DNA of 64,000 bases from Vicugna vicugna (taxonomy: Eukaryota): the NCBI GenBank assembly GCA_013265495.1, contig MU058824.1, positions 5,405,515-5,469,514 on the forward strand, in the 5' to 3' direction. The position numbers and the translations under genes are program-made. Below are positions 1-13,858 of the stretch, piece after piece (the first letter of the stretch is position 1; every line of letters starts with the position of its first letter). The notes under the pieces were generated by a model. It did not search any database. It saw only the letters and a list, made by a program, of their open reading frames with translations, and was not told where the DNA came from.

Positions 1-422
1 GATCAAGCCTTTGTCGGTTTCACTTGCAAAAATTTTCTCCCATTCCGTAGGTTTTCTTCTTGTTTTATTTCTGGTTTCCTTTGCTCTGCAGAAGCTTGTA
101 AGTTTCATTAGGTCCCATTTGTTTATTCTTGCTTTTATTTCTTCTAGGAGAAAATTTTTGAAATGTATGTCAGATAATGTTTTGCCTATGTTTTCCTCTA
201 GGAGGTTTATTGTATCTTGTCTTATGTTTAAGTCTTTAATCCATTTTGAGTTGATTTTTGTATATGGTGTAAGGGTGTGTTCTAGCTTCATTGTTTTACA
301 TGCTGCTGTCCAGTTTTCCCAACACCATTTGCTGAAGAGACTGTCTTTATTCCATTGTATATTCTTGCCTCCTTTGTCGAAGATGAGTTGACCAAAAGTT
401 TGTGGGTTCATTTCTGGGCTCC
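1..422 (-). mobile_element. L1 ORF2 3'-region fragment (runs off window edge)
   Basis: Antisense L1 ORF2 sequence, closely similar to the L1 copies at 22560-22990 and 58390-58810. Confidence 0.9.
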
Positions 423-1659
423 TGACTCTTTCAGTCTCAAAAATTGAAAAAAAATTAGTTAAGGAATGAGACGATGTAAAATCAACCAAGATATAACATA
501 TTTGTCTTTGTTGAAAATGTGTATCTTGTGTGTTGGACACTGTGTAAAATATTTGAGGACAGTGAATACCTGAGAGTGTTTAGAAGATGAGAAAGTTGAA
601 GGAAATAACGTAGGAAAGCAGAGCAACTGTAGAATTGGTTCTCCAAACCAGAATTTTCTTGTGACCAAAATTAGAGGAACTGACATACTTAAAATTATCC
701 AATTTTATTGAAATATTCTTTTATTTTCTGACAAATTGCTTTTATTATATATGTGGTCCATAAAGTAGTTCTATTTAAAATTTGTTGAAAATAAATAAAA
801 ATACAATTATTTCTAACATATATGAAACATTTATGTACCTTAGCACAAAGAAAATCTTTATATCAATTATGTGAACATTTAAAAGCTACATAGGCAGAGT
901 AGTTAGTTTTAGAAAATATTTAAATATTTTAATAAATTGCTTTTTCATATCTATCTCTAATATTTTTCTGAAGAATATATCTTTTTTTTTAATGTGATCT
1001 TAGTATGCTTTTTTCCCCATAAAATTGCTTGTAATCTTCTATAGAGTTACACTTTTTGATTATTCAGTTCAAAATTGTTGACATCAGCAATTGACTCTTG
1101 TCCTTAGGTCATAATGTTTTTAATTAAGAAAAGTCTTCCCTGTACACTGGCTGAAGAGCACTTCAAGAACAAATTCTGTGATAAGCTTAGAGCAAATTCT
1201 AATAAATGGAGGATCTTCTCAATCCTATTTTTTTTGGTATTGACACGTGTACACATTGACTTTTGTAAATATGTCAGCCCATGATTGTCACAAGTCCTCT
1301 GTTTTTATCTCCCTTGCAAGTACTTTCTTTGACACTTTGACAAGTTTCTTAGCTTTTATAAGACAAGGCATGTCAAGTAAACTCTCTCCATTTATGACTC
1401 TTGACTTTTTCCCATCCTTAGATGCTTCAGAATTGTAGGCCTTTTACATTCCACTTTATTTTGGTGCAGAATATAAATTTAAAAGATGTAGATGCTGGTG
1501 CTTCTTCAGGAGATTTGTGTCTTCTGGGTCATGTGATTAATGATATCACTCTAATCCACTGTGGTGGAGGATAAATGTTGACAAATTAAAAAAAATTTTT
1601 TTTTTTGGCTGCAACCATATTTTCATTTTTTATTTTTTTTTTACATTTTATTTTATATT

Positions 1660-2489
1660 TTTAACGTTTTATTGTGGTATGTTTCCTACAGTAAAGTAAA
1701 CTACACGTATTTAAGATGTGCAATTTGATGAATTTTGATAGTTGTATACACCCATGAAACCACAACAATTAAGTTAGCTAACATTTCCATCACTCCACAA
1801 GAGGTGCAATTTTCAAATTCCCAAATTATCCATTTCCGACTCCCTTTAGCCCCTGGTAACCATAAGTTTGTTCTCTATGTCTGTGAGTCTGTTTCTGTTT
1901 TGTAAATAAATTCATTTGTGTCCTTTTTTTTAGATTCCACATATAAACTAATCGCATGGCATTTTTCTTTCTCTTTCTGGCTTACTTCACTTAGAATGAC
2001 GATCTCCAGGTCCATCCATGTTGTTGCAAATGGCATTATTTCATTCTTTTTTTATGGCTGAATAATATTCCGTTGTATAAGTATACTACAGCTTCTTTAT
2101 CCAGTCCTCTGTTGATGGACATTTAGGTTGTTTCCATGTCTTGGCTATTGTAAATAGTGCTGCTATGAACACTGAGGTGCATGTGTCTTTTCAAATTATA
2201 TTGTTTTTCTGGGTACATGCCCAGGAATGGGATTGCTGGATCATATGGTAAGTCTATTTTCAGTTTTTTGAGGACTCTCCATACTGTTTTCCATAATGGC
2301 TGTGCCAAACTACATTCCCACCAACAGTATAGGAGGGTTCCCTGTTCTCCACACCCTCTCCAGCATTTATCATTTATGGACTTTTACATGATGGCCATTC
2401 TGACCAGTGTGAGGTGATACCTCATTGTAGTTTTGATTTGCGTGTCTCTGGTATTAGCAATATTGCCCATTTTTTAAGTTGAGTTGTTT
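1660..2489 (-). mobile_element. Old L1M 3' end (about 1660-1800) abutting a younger L1 3'UTR/ORF2-end fragment (about 1804-2489)
   Basis: Minus ORF 2123-2308 ([25 protein letters not shown]) is the L1 ORF2 C-terminus; 3'UTR matches the copies at 21760-22400 and 57620-58200. Confidence 0.85.
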
Positions 2490-2794
2490 GAAGAGCACCT
2501 TTTGGATGAGCTGAGATGTGCATGCCTAGGGGCATTTACCAGGTCTGGGGACAGGTTGAGCTTGCCATAAGCATAGAAGATCTGCTGGAAGAAAGAGAAA
2601 CCAGCAAATATTTTTATGTGGAGTGGTATTATGAACTAGAATCTAAAGGATGCCTAAGTATGTGGCTGATTTTCTCTGGGTAAAATTTGCTTAGTTCTAA
2701 GGCATGATGGGGTGTTGTGGATGGGAGGCTAGACAGGCTGAGTCAAATATCTCACAGTCTCATGGTCCACTTGATAGAGAGACCTGATCTCATG

Positions 2795-3426
2795 CTCATT
2801 ACTACAGAGCTACAGTCAACAAAACAGTATGGTATTGGCACCAAAACAGACATGTAGCTCAATGGAACAGGACAGAAAGTCCAGAAATAAACCCACACAT
2901 CTGCAGTCAATTAATCTTCGACAAAGGAGACAAGAATATACAATGGAAAAATTCTCTTAGGCAAGTGATGTTGGGAAACCTGGAGAGCTGCATGTAAATC
3001 AATGAAGTTAGAACACTCTCTCATACCATACACAAAAATAAACTCAAATGGCTTAAAGACTTAAATTAAGACAGGACACCATAAATCTCCTAAAAGAAAA
3101 CATAGGCAAAACATTTTCTGACATAACTCATAGCAATGTTTCCTTAGGTTAGTCTCCTGAGGCAATAGAAATAAAAGCTAAAGTAAACAAATGGGACCTA
3201 ATTAAACTTGTAAGCTTTTGCACAGTGGAAACTGTAAATAAAATGAAAAGACAACCTATGGACTGGGAGAAAATATTTGTAAATGATGTGACTGACAAGG
3301 GCTTAACTTCTAAAATATACAAACAGCTCATACAGCTCAAAAAACAAAACAAACAAACAAAACCAATGAAAAATGGGCAGAAGACCTGAAAGACATTTCT
3401 CCAAAGAAGATGTAACAGTGGCCAAG
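2795..3426 (+). mobile_element. L1 ORF2 fragment, sense
   Basis: tactacagagctacagt...aaaacagtatggtattggcac...agacatttctccaaagaaga is typical L1 ORF2 C-terminal sequence. Confidence 0.9.
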
Positions 3427-3980
3427 TAAATAGGAGCAGAAAATGAAAAGTCCTTCAAAACATTACTTTGGAGTCTTCTCTGCACCCATCAGTGCTTGTC
3501 TGGAACCTTAGGTAGAAATTAAGTTAATGCATTCTCAGATTGTGCTGGGAGGAAGTAAATTAAGTTGAAAGCAAGTAGGATGGTGCAGTGGAAGCCATGG
3601 GACTGGAAGATGGGAGGTCTTCTATTTAGGTACTGTTTCTCCTTTTATTAACACCATGCTGTTGGTCCAGATGAGACTCTATGAGTCTCATGGGGGCTTT
3701 TAAGTCACTTACAACCTAGTTGAGTAGGCAAGATGTATGCATGTGAACATTTAGATAATTGGACACAGAGCTGAGAGAGAAAAAAGTATTTTAGTGGGGG
3801 GCTTAATCTGAAGCTTCAGCCATTGTCAAGTGACACATGTCACCATGTGAGACAATTGCTGCATAAAACTGTCTGGAACTCTTCTCAAGGAAGTTTACTT
3901 ATTTCCAACATTTTGGCTAATCAGTATGCTCTGTTTCCATAGAAATGTATTTACTGATCATATTAATAAAACAAATAGAA

Positions 3981-4089
3981 GATATATATATCTATATATC
4001 TATATATCTATATATCTCTGAATCCGTGTGCTGAACACCAGAAATTAACACAACATTGTAAACCAACTATACTTCAATTAAAAAAAAAG
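3981..4089 (+). mobile_element. Extreme L1 3' end with (TA)-rich repeat and poly(A)
   Basis: acaccagaaattaacacaacattgtaaaccaactatacttcaattAn is the reverse complement of the L1 3' termini elsewhere in the window. Confidence 0.8.
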
Positions 4090-6294
4090 AAACAGGAATT
4101 TTCTAAAAGGTAACTGTATCTACATTCTAGAACTTTAGGGAACTGATTAGAAATAACTTTTGAGATCTCTTTATTTGCCTTCTAACTATATAGCATTGTG
4201 TGTTCCATATAATAAAATTTAAAAATTATATCTAACCATCTCTTTGCCATGGAGTTGTTTTTTTGTTTGTTTGTTTGTTTGTTTTTTTGCCTAGGGTTGT
4301 AGCTCAGTCATAGCACCTAAAAAGATTTTGAGAATTTATTGAGAGCCTCTCAGCAATTTGGTATCTTTCTCTGTTCTTTGGAACAATCTAGTTTAATACC
4401 ATTTTATCTACTCTATTCCATTTGTTCAATATCTAGTTTCTATGTCTCTTTACACCTAACTGGTCAGATTGCCAATCTCATTTTATGATGTGGCAGGAAT
4501 GGGGAATATTATTTTAAATGGTATGTTTCTCCTCATCTGTAAAATAGAGAGAGCTTGTAATAGCTGAGGTCAGAGTTTTCTCTTCATGTTCCAAGCCCTA
4601 GAGTATAATGAAAAGGTATGCCTCCTCTAGAACTGCAGAGCCCAGGACAAGGCAGCCATGCAGTGGAGTGAGTTGGAAGGGGAAATGCATCAGAGGATTC
4701 AGGCTGCAGAGCACAAGACGGGGAAGACAGGGGTTTGTGGCTGGGCACATTCATGCAGTGAATCCTCTTAGCACCTTCTCTGGGCTGGACACCTGGCATC
4801 CTCGGGGTGCAGCAAGTCCAGGCGGCCAAAGTTAAAATTCTCTCTGCAGACTTCGCTGTTTTATAATGGAATATACTTTTAGTCATTGGTATAGGAACTC
4901 TCACAGTTGATTGGCTGCTACTTTCAGTGATTTCCATAGGCCAAATAATTATCTTTTTTCCTTATGAAATATATTTGAGAGATTAATGTTTACTGAAAAC
5001 AGAAAATAGACCTATTTCTTTGAATAGCTAATATTAGGTTGAATTCCACCCCCCCCCCCCATTTTTTTCCTATTCATTTGCCCGGTTAACTTTGAGAGGC
5101 AGAAAATTTGAGTAAGAAGGGCCTGGCTATTGGCATCGGATAGACCTTATTTTGCCTCCTGGTCCTGCCCTTGCCTAGGTTAAGTGGTCCTGGAAAAATA
5201 AGCTAACCTCTGAGCCTTTGTTCCAGCTGTGGAGTGGGACAGTGCCACTACCTGCTTTAAGGAGGGTCAAGTCTGATGACCTGTGTGCGTGCACAGCGCG
5301 GTGCCTGCGGTCCTGTGGTGTGGTGGGGGCACAGTGGACGTTGCCATTCTGCTCTTTTCCATTGTTTTGTGTACCGTGTCTTCTTTCAGATGCTTCACCT
5401 TAAACGGCTTTACCACATGTGTGCCTTTGTGACTCTTTGTTGTCTTATCTTGTGATAACATGTTTAACAACTGTTTGGATGTTTTGTCCAGCAGTTGAAT
5501 GATTCAGAGTCCATGGGCCAGCTTCAGTTCAATAGTTATCCCATTCTTTTGTTAGCATTTTTCTAGTCTAGAAACAGTAAAATCCTGTTTTTTCTGCCTT
5601 TCTCCTTTCCATCCATTTCATCTGTGCACTCATTCGTTCATCAAACACTTATCCTGCACGTGTGTTATCCTGCCATCAAACCTCATTGAGCCTTCCAGCT
5701 AAGCACTTCCCAAATTGGTTGTCATGCACCCCGACCGTGGCCCCGCCCCTTATAACTTAATGCTTTGTTAATTATAACATCCTCCTTGTTTTCCTTGGCT
5801 TTGGTACAGGGGTGGCAAATACATGGCATCCACAGCATCTTTCTTCCATGGTGATAGCGTAAGTGGATGGTGAGTCCCTGCCTGGACATGGTCTCTGAAA
5901 CCCCAGCACACCGCTGCCACCTGAGCAGCTCTGGCTCTGGGATGACACCTAGTTGCCAGTTCATTCCAGTCTCCTAGTCTCTCTTGAATAACACGTCCAG
6001 GCCCAGGCCGAGTGAAGATTTTCCTGCAGATCCGTCCAGTAAGCGTGACTCATCTCGGCCCCCCACACCCAGTTCCTCACCCCATGGCTCTAGCCAGGTT
6101 CATTGCTCTGCTTTCACTCCAGCTATTTTCTCTACCTTGGTAACTCCTTTCCACTTTCCTAAATTCTGGAAAGCTCAGAGAAAGTCTTCCCCTCTCCTCA
6201 ATGCCCTCCCCTAGTCCCCTAGCCCTGTTCACCTCTTCCTGACCTTGACTCCTCTTGCACATGTAGTGTTTATCCCATTGTTTCACTTGCGGTT

Positions 6295-7490
6295 CTTAAA
6301 AACATATTGTAACAGCTTTATTAGCTTTACTGAAGCTTAATGGCAATAAACTGTACATACTCTAAGTGTAGAATATGATAAGATTGGATACGTGTATATA
6401 CCGAGAAACCATCACCACAGCCAAGGTAGTTCACATACTGTTGGATTCCTCATTTCTCGTGCCCCTGTGTTGCACCTCCCTTCTTTGACCCTCCTTGTCA
6501 GGCAATTGTTGTATGTCCTCTATGGGGAAGTGTCTGTTAAAATCTTTTGCTTATTTTTAAAATCAAGTCATTTGTTTTCCTATGCTGAGTTTTGAGAATT
6601 CTTTAGATATTCTGATCTGTAAATATTTTATTCCAGGTTGTGACCTGTCTTTTCATTCTCCTAAGAGTGTCTTTTAAAAATGTATATATATTTGTATTGA
6701 AGTATAGTCAGTTTACAATGTTGTGTCAATTTCTGGTGTACAGTCATATATGAACATGCATAGGTTCATTTTCATGTTCTTTTTTGCTGTCAGTTACTGC
6801 AAGATATTGAATATAGTTCCCAGTCCTAACAGTGTCTTTAGAAGAGTAGAAATTGTTTGCATGAAGTCAAAATTGTCAGTTTTTCCTTTCATGAATCATG
6901 CTCTTGGTATTTAAGAAATCTTTGTCTAACCCAAGATTGCAAAGATTTTCTCCTATGTTTCTTCTGTAAGTTTTATTGTTTTAGGTTTCACATTTGTGAC
7001 CCATTTTGCAAGGTATGGATGAAAGTTTATGTATTTTTTGCATGTGCATATCTATTTGTTCCAGCCCATTTGTTGCAAAGACTGCTTTCTGCTGAATTGC
7101 CTTTGTTCAAAATCAGTTTTCTGTATTTGTGTTGGATTTATTTCTGGGCCCTCCGTTCTGTTCCATTGATTGATTTGTCTGTCTTTATGCCAGTATTATT
7201 CTGTATTGATGACTATGGCTTTATTGGTAAGTCTTGAAATCAAGTATTAGTTCTTTAACTTTTTTCTTTCTCTAAGTTGTTTTCACTGTTTCAGGTCAAT
7301 CTCCATAGAATCAGCTTGTCAATTTCCAAAACAAAACAAAACAAAGCCCAAAACAAACAAAAAACCTGCTGGGGGTTTGATTGAACTTCACTGCATCTGT
7401 AGATCAGTTGGAGGGGAGAACTGGCATCTTAATAATAATGAATAATCCACAAACTCAGTATATTCTCTATTATTTAGGTCTTATTTCACT
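6295..7490 (-). mobile_element. Old degraded L1M (MC/ME-like) with a nested young L1 3' end
   Basis: Diverged antisense L1 ORF2/3'UTR motifs (ctgttccattgattgatttgtctgtctttatgccagta). Confidence 0.7.
6675..6823 (-). mobile_element. 5'-truncated young L1 3' end with 16-bp TSD
   Basis: TSD tcctaagagtgtcttt (6659-6674) / tcctaacagtgtcttt (6824-6839); body attgaagtatagtcagtttacaatgttgtg. Confidence 0.85.
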
Positions 7491-7779
7491 CAGTTCCACT
7501 GGTTGTAAAGTTAAAATTTTATTTGAATACTGAACATAGGCTATAAAATTCCATAATTTGTTAAGAGAAATAAATTCAGTTAAGCAGATACTTGGAGTCA
7601 TGAGAGCTTCAGCCCCTGACCTCCTGGGGTGCCCTTCTGCCATTCTCTGTGGAAGGTTCCAGATCTAGAGGATCCCTGATCAGCAAGAAGTGGGAGAGTA
7701 CCTGCCAAGGTGAAAGCAGAGGGTGACTGGTTTTGGCCCGTGCTCTGATTGGTTTCTGCTGAGGAGGCTTCATCGCACT

Positions 7780-7989
7780 CAGTGGCGTCCTGGTGGATGC
7801 TTGACCACAGGCTCTGGAGAGGGGAGAAGGGGAGGAGGCATGTGTAGCTTTTGACGATTTCCGTGGTGTAAATACTCCCACCATTACTGACTTCAGGCTA
7901 CCAGGTTGACCTCATTGAATGCAGAGTTTGGGAAGAAATACTTAAAGTCAGTAGGCTCTCGCCTGCTAGTACACGTTGGCACCGTACTG
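7780..7989. mobile_element. MER63-like hAT DNA transposon
   Basis: cagtgg...actg termini and core gatttccgtggtgtaaatactcccacc recalled from the MER63 consensus. Confidence 0.7.
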
Positions 7990-8982
7990 AATTCACTTCC
8001 TGCATGCAGATTGCCTCCACAACTAATGGAAATATCTTAGCTAACATGAAAATGCGTACTTAAAAAAATAATCATCCCTGAAAGTGACATTGTGAATCTG
8101 GGCACATCACTTTGCTTTTCTGGTTGTTCATATGCTAACTTTTAATGCTCCTTCCAGTGTTTATACTGAATGAGATTAAGTGACAATTAACTGCATTTGT
8201 GGGTTATTGCAATTTAAGCCTCCGGAATTATCAAGAATTCTCCCTAGTATCCTTCTTGGAAAATTATTGTCAATGTCAACCTTATATCTGATTTCCAGAG
8301 GTCATTAGACCATACGTACTATGCTTATATTACAGAATTTGAATGGACAAATCCTTTACTTTATGCTAGAGCCACAGATTCTCCTAGTCACTGTCTTTAC
8401 TTATTTACATGTCATCCTGAATCTTTAGACCAAGAGAATGTTTACAAGAGGAGACACATAGTTTCTTGCCCTGATATGGAATATGATGAAGACCAAATAG
8501 GCACTGAACAGAGTCAGGAGTGATAAGACCAGAGTCCTTATCAAGACCATGGCAATTTCTGCCTGGAACACCTGGGACAATTGGCTTCATCTTTCTAATC
8601 ACTAGCTTCTCATCTGTAAAGGGGATTAATAATAAACTGTTCTGTCTAACCATAATAACTGATATTTTATTGACTTTGTAGTTTACTAGCTCTTTTTCAT
8701 AATTAAAAAAATCAAATTTTCAAATTTTCTCTGAGGAAAATACAAATTCCCTGTTTTTACAGAGGAGAACACTGAGTTCCAGGTTTAATTACTTGTTCAA
8801 AGTCACTCAGCTAGTAAGCAATGGGCTGTCTTTCTGTCTTTACGCAGTCGGTACTTTCTCACTTATACCAGACTTCCTGTCTGCCTGATGGGGCTGCTCT
8901 GCAGAGTAAGAGATGATTTTTGTGAAAGCATGTCGAAGGCTATAAAGAACTATACAGAAGTTTACAAATGTATCATTATTAT

Positions 8983-10610
8983 TATTTAATTGAAGTATAG
9001 TTGATTTATGATATTGTGCTAGTTTCAGTCATACATATATACACATACATATATTCTTTTTTCATTATAGATAATTACTAACTATTGAATATAGTTTCCT
9101 GTGCTATACAGTAGAAACTTGTGGCTTCTGTTCTAGGAATTTTATGGTGTCCTATCTTACATTTAAGTTTTTAAGCCATTTTGAGTATACTTTTGTGTAT
9201 GGCGTGAGGGAGTGTTCTAACTTCATTGATTTATATGCAGCTGTCCAGCTTTCCCAACACCTCTTGCCTAAGAGACTGTTTTTCTATTGTATATTTTTGC
9301 CTCTTTTGTTGAAGATTAATTGACCGTAGATGTATGGGTTTATTTCTGGGCTCTCTGATCTGTTCCATTGACCCATATGTCTGTTTTTGTGCCAAGATCA
9401 TGTTGTTTAGATTACTGTAGCTCCGTAGTGTTGTCTGAAGTCTGGGAGGGTTATGACTCCAATTCATTCTTTTGCTCCAGTATTGCTTTGGCAATTCTGG
9501 GTCTTTTGAGATTCCATATAAATTTTAGAATTATTTTTTTCTAGTTTTTCTAGTTTCTAGAATTATATTTTTCTAGTGAAAATTGTCATGAGTACTTTGA
9601 TAGGGAATGCATTAAATTTGTAGATTGTTTTGGGCAGTAAGGCCATTTTAACAATATTAATTATTCTAATCCAAGAGCTTGAGATATCCTTCCATTTCTT
9701 TAATCATCTTTAATTTCCCTACTCAATATTTTGTAGTTCTCCATGTATAAGTCTTTTACCGTCTTGATCAGGTTTATTCCTAAGCATTTAATTTTTTGAT
9801 ATGACTTTAAAAGGGATTGTTTTTTTACTTTCCTTTTCTGACATTTCCTTGTTAGTGTAAAGAGATGCAACAGATTTCTGTATGTTAATCTCGTGTCCTG
9901 CTCCCTGACTGAGTTTGTTGATCAGTCCTAGTAGTTTTTGTGTGGAATCTTTAGGGTTTTCTGCATATAGCATCATGTCATCTGCATACTGTGATAATTT
10001 TATCTCTTCTCTTCCAATTTGGTTCCCTTTTATTTCTTTTTGAGTTAATAGTGGGGGCTTTGTGGAGGACACGGGTTGCTTTGCACACACTCCCAGTTTC
10101 AGCCTGTACCCAACTCCAGCCCCTTCAGGCTGTCTCCATGCACCAGCCCCAGTTCTCTCCTGAGTCTGTTCTCTGAAACTGGAGCCTCAGGCCCCAGGCC
10201 CCGCATGCACCCGCAGACTGAAGACTGCTGGGCTCCTCTGGGCCGGCTTCTCTGTGTTCTGCCTGTCTCAAAGCTGCTCCTGTGCTGTCCTCCCAGACTC
10301 TGAAGCTCCCTGTCTGTCCGAGCTGATCTCCCCACTGGTGAAGGGGCTTCTCTGGGTAAGGAGACCTTTCCTCTTTCAAAGCTCTCTCCTGGGGGCGCAG
10401 GTCCTGTCCAATTCTTTTTTTTTTTTTGGCTTACTCAGTTATGTGGAGATTTTTCTTGTAGCTTTGCTTGTGTAATTGTAGCTTTTCTTGTAGCTTTGCT
10501 TCTGCCAGACTTCCATAGGGATTCTGTGAGAATTGTTCCACATGTAGATGTGTTTTTAATGTATTTGTGGGAGGAGTTGAGCCCCACATCTGTCATCTTG
10601 ATCCCGCCTC
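8983..10610 (-). mobile_element. Internally deleted L1 retaining 5'UTR-like start, RT-region ORF2 piece and 3' end
   Basis: 3' end about 8983-9120; ORF2 about 9130-10041 ([27 protein letters not shown] motif); GC-richer segment 10042-10610 beginning GAGGCGGGATCAAGATG on -. Confidence 0.75.
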
Positions 10611-10928
10611 TTTATACATTTTTCTTAGCACAACTTGAGATTGATTGCACTTACCTCCTGGGCATTCTAATTCTTTTTGTATCAGGAAATAAAGGAGGTG
10701 ATTTTTTAAAAAATAGCTTTATTTATTAAATGTTCGATTTAAATGTCTTTATCTTAATGATTGTTGCATAGAATGAAGTGATATTGCTCTGAGCATTTTA
10801 TTTCCCCTGAGGCTTAATCATGGACTCATTGTGGCTCTGTGCAAGGACAAGAATATTGGTCCTCTTGATTCCATTGGTGTGTCATTTTTGAGCATCGCCA
10901 GCCCTCAGGTACAGCGGTCGTCTCCCTT

Positions 10929-11163
10929 GTCATCCCGCTCTTCCTACATGGATGAGGACTGTGACTTGCTGGCCCTCTGTGGTTCCATGCGGAGGATGAA
11001 TTGTGACGTTGACAGCCTGCCCGAGAGCTGCATCGACAGCAGCTTGTCTACCCTCAGAGATTCCAACCAGTATGACTGGGAGGTGGAGTACAAGCACTGG
11101 AGGGGATTTCAGAGGTCGCAAGGCACTCAGGAGAGCCGTGGGGATGATGCTTCAGGCACAGAC
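10929..11163 (+). pseudogene. RASEF: RASEF pseudo-exon ([17 protein letters not shown]...GDDASGTD), 235 bp
   Basis: Matches recalled human SSRSSYVDEDCDSLALC...GGDASDTD; no AG acceptor (ccctt|g); donor reads ATAAGC. Confidence 0.92.
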
Positions 11164-11450
11164 ATAAGCCCCAAAACCACTGCTCTCCTAGGCCTGATCT
11201 TCAGTAGAAATACGTGTATGTTTGAGTTTTATCTGCCAGGGGCATTGTTTTAAAGGTCATACTCGTGAACATAGGAGAATGTTTTTCTCTACCAAGTTAG
11301 GGAAAATGTGCACAGATTTCCTTTTGTGGCTGCTCTGTTCCATAACAGCATTGACTGTAGATTCAGGTTCATATTTTTCTTCTCTTCACTATGCAATGTG
11401 TATGGGTAACAAAAGACTTTGTTTTTTAACAGGTGACTTAAAAAAAACAG

Positions 11451-11588
11451 ATTCCTGATATAAGGGATGAAGAGATGTATGACTCAGAAGGCATGGCTTC
11501 CTTCCTGCACTGGAAGCCCCAGGGGTCTGCTAGTGAAGGCAGCGTCGTTAGCACCTCAAGAAAGTCCATGTCGGCATTTTCACTATAG
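11451..11588 (+). pseudogene. RASEF: RASEF pseudo-exon (IPDIRDEE...SAFSL*), 138 bp
   Basis: AG/GT intact; last codon is TAG where human has Gln (SALSPQ). Confidence 0.92.
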
Positions 11589-11703
11589 GTAGGTGGTTTC
11601 AGAGACACTTTTATTCATGAACACTGTTCATTTTCATGCTGTATAACTTACTAGAAAGAACACTGGCTCTACCTTGTCATCCTCTGTGGCTTTCTTCCCC
11701 TGG

Positions 11704-11853
11704 ACAGACATGGTGGATGATAATCATGAATCTTCCGGCTCCCAGAAGGCTCACAAGATTGTGCTTGCCCGGGACGCTGCAGTGGGGGGAAGTCCAGTTT
11801 CTTCATGAGACTTTGCAAGAAAGAATTTTAAGGAAATCCAAGTGTCACCCTGG
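11704..11853 (+). pseudogene. RASEF: RASEF pseudo-exon with P-loop (TDMVDD...[31 protein letters not shown])
   Basis: Two extra G in the P-loop G-run (frameshift), in-frame TAA, acceptor TGG, donor AT. Confidence 0.92.
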
Positions 11854-13150
11854 ATGTGGTTCCTTTTTTTCAGTGGATAATGGGAAAATGACCTTCTATA
11901 GCTTGATTCTGTTTTCCTTAGGGATTTTATATACACAGATCTCTCCCTTTCTCTCTGTATAGTACATATGTATATATATGTGTGTGTGTGTGTATGTGTC
12001 CTTGTCTATAGAATAATCCTTCTCTGTTTTGTCTAAGGCCTAAATTGGGGAAAGGAAGACTAACAAAGGACTTAGGTATCTACTTACCCAGTGCAATCAA
12101 CCAAGCCAAATTTAGAGCCAAAGAAGACAGATTCATTTAGGCAGCAAGCATTTCCTGAGCCTTCCTGTGGGTCACATAATGTCGTAGGCACTACAGATAC
12201 ACAATAAACAAAGTCAACTAAATCCCAGCCCACAAAGAACTTACATCCCAAAGAAGGGAAATGGATGAAAAGCAAATTAAAAAAATGAGGTTTGGGAGAG
12301 AGGTGCACTTTTACACAGGTGCCCAGGGGAAGCCTTTCTGATCAGGTATCATCTGATGTTGATCAGTCTTACTGGTGGCCAGTTTGCCATTAAGGTCAAA
12401 ATCATCACCAGGTGTATGGCCCCTCTCCTCCTTCACAACGGAATACATGATTAGTATCTCTCAGAACAAGGAAAAAGTAGTGTCCTGATTTCCCAAATTT
12501 GCATAATGATTAGAAAAAGGAGTTGAAGATACTCAGGTTATCATTTATTTTTCTCCTTCATCTAAAGAGTTCTTATTTTGATAGCTAGAAATGTTAGAAC
12601 AGATTGATTGCCCTCTTCACAGTGGGTGTCTTTGTAAATGTATGGTTCTCTGTTATACCCTTCAAGATAACAGAATTGAAAGTTCACTTCAATTTGATTC
12701 CAAATAAGACTACAATATTTGGTTTGGTTGCTAGAGAGCATGGCATACATACAAATCATATACATGTACATATATACATATACCTACACACACGTATATA
12801 CCTGCATATTTGCATATACGCATAGGCATATTTATGTGCATATACACACACACAGATATGAGTCCATCTAATTACATGGACAAATAGAACACAGATGTTC
12901 CCTTAGTCTGTAGGATAAATCCTTCTCCAAGTCAGCCAGCCTGCAGACATGCATCCACGCACATGTGTGTGGTCTGACTTATAATTAGTGTGTGAAAGGC
13001 AGTCTCCTTGAAGGTCAGGTTCATCCCTCTCTTCCTCGCTGAACTTTGGCTTACTGGCTCTTGTCTCATCTAAAGAGGGCTCGAGAGTTAAAAAGAACCA
13101 GTGGAGTTATTTACATTGTGCCCTCCATGTTCTCTTCTGTTCCTTTTCAG

Positions 13151-13231
13151 GAGTTGATTTTCAAACGAAAACTCTCATCGTAGGTGGAGAGCGACCAGTC
13201 CTGCAGCTCTGGGATACGCTGGTCAGGAGAG
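13151..13231 (+). pseudogene. RASEF: RASEF pseudo-exon (VDFQTKTLIVGGERPVLQLWDT/GQER)
   Basis: ttttcag acceptor; 1-bp deletion in the WDTAGQE motif; GCAAGT donor. Confidence 0.92.
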
Positions 13232-13858
13232 GCAAGTGCTTTTCATGATATTTGGGGTTCTGCAGAGGTTTGCATAGACAAACTGTTTAAAAATATGTGT
13301 GGTTGCCATGGCCGTATTTGAGATCCTGTAAAGGACTACGCGTGGTTTAGAGTTAGGACGTGTAAGTGGCGGTGTGCTCTTCCCCCGGTGAGCCCCCTCA
13401 CCCCATGTGTGTGCCTTGTGGTTAGTTTTTCTTCTACCCACAGTACTCCCTCCCCACCACCCCCAAAATAACTTTTCTCTGGTGTGCCCCTCTTTCCATC
13501 CTTCTCTGTGCCCCACACATGGGATCTGGTAGCTTGTTGCTGAGGCTGAAATTTTTAGAAAATTATGCTCTCAACCTTGTCCTGGTTATGCTTTGGGGTT
13601 TGTAGACATTCCTGGGATTGTTTGGTGGAGATGATGATTGGCTCTTCTAAATCACTAGCCTAGGTTCTTACCCTGTTACCTTTCTCCAGATCATTCTAGC
13701 CCTTGGGATGGCTACTTCACAGTAATAGGTCACCATTAGATTCTTCTCAATTGGGGCTTATTTTAGAAGATGAGAAAAAAGTGAGCATAAAAGAGATGAA
13801 GAATGAGGCAGCACCGAACTGCCTGCCTGATTAGAACCATTACTTTTCTCTTTTCCTG

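Noticed and set aside
1804..3426. Twin-primed (5'-inverted) single L1
   Set aside because: The opposite-strand pieces are separated by about 300 bp of non-L1 sequence, overlap in consensus position, and share no evident TSD
10831..11253. 140-aa ORF as a functional CDS
   Set aside because: Read-through of one RASEF pseudo-exon into flanking intron
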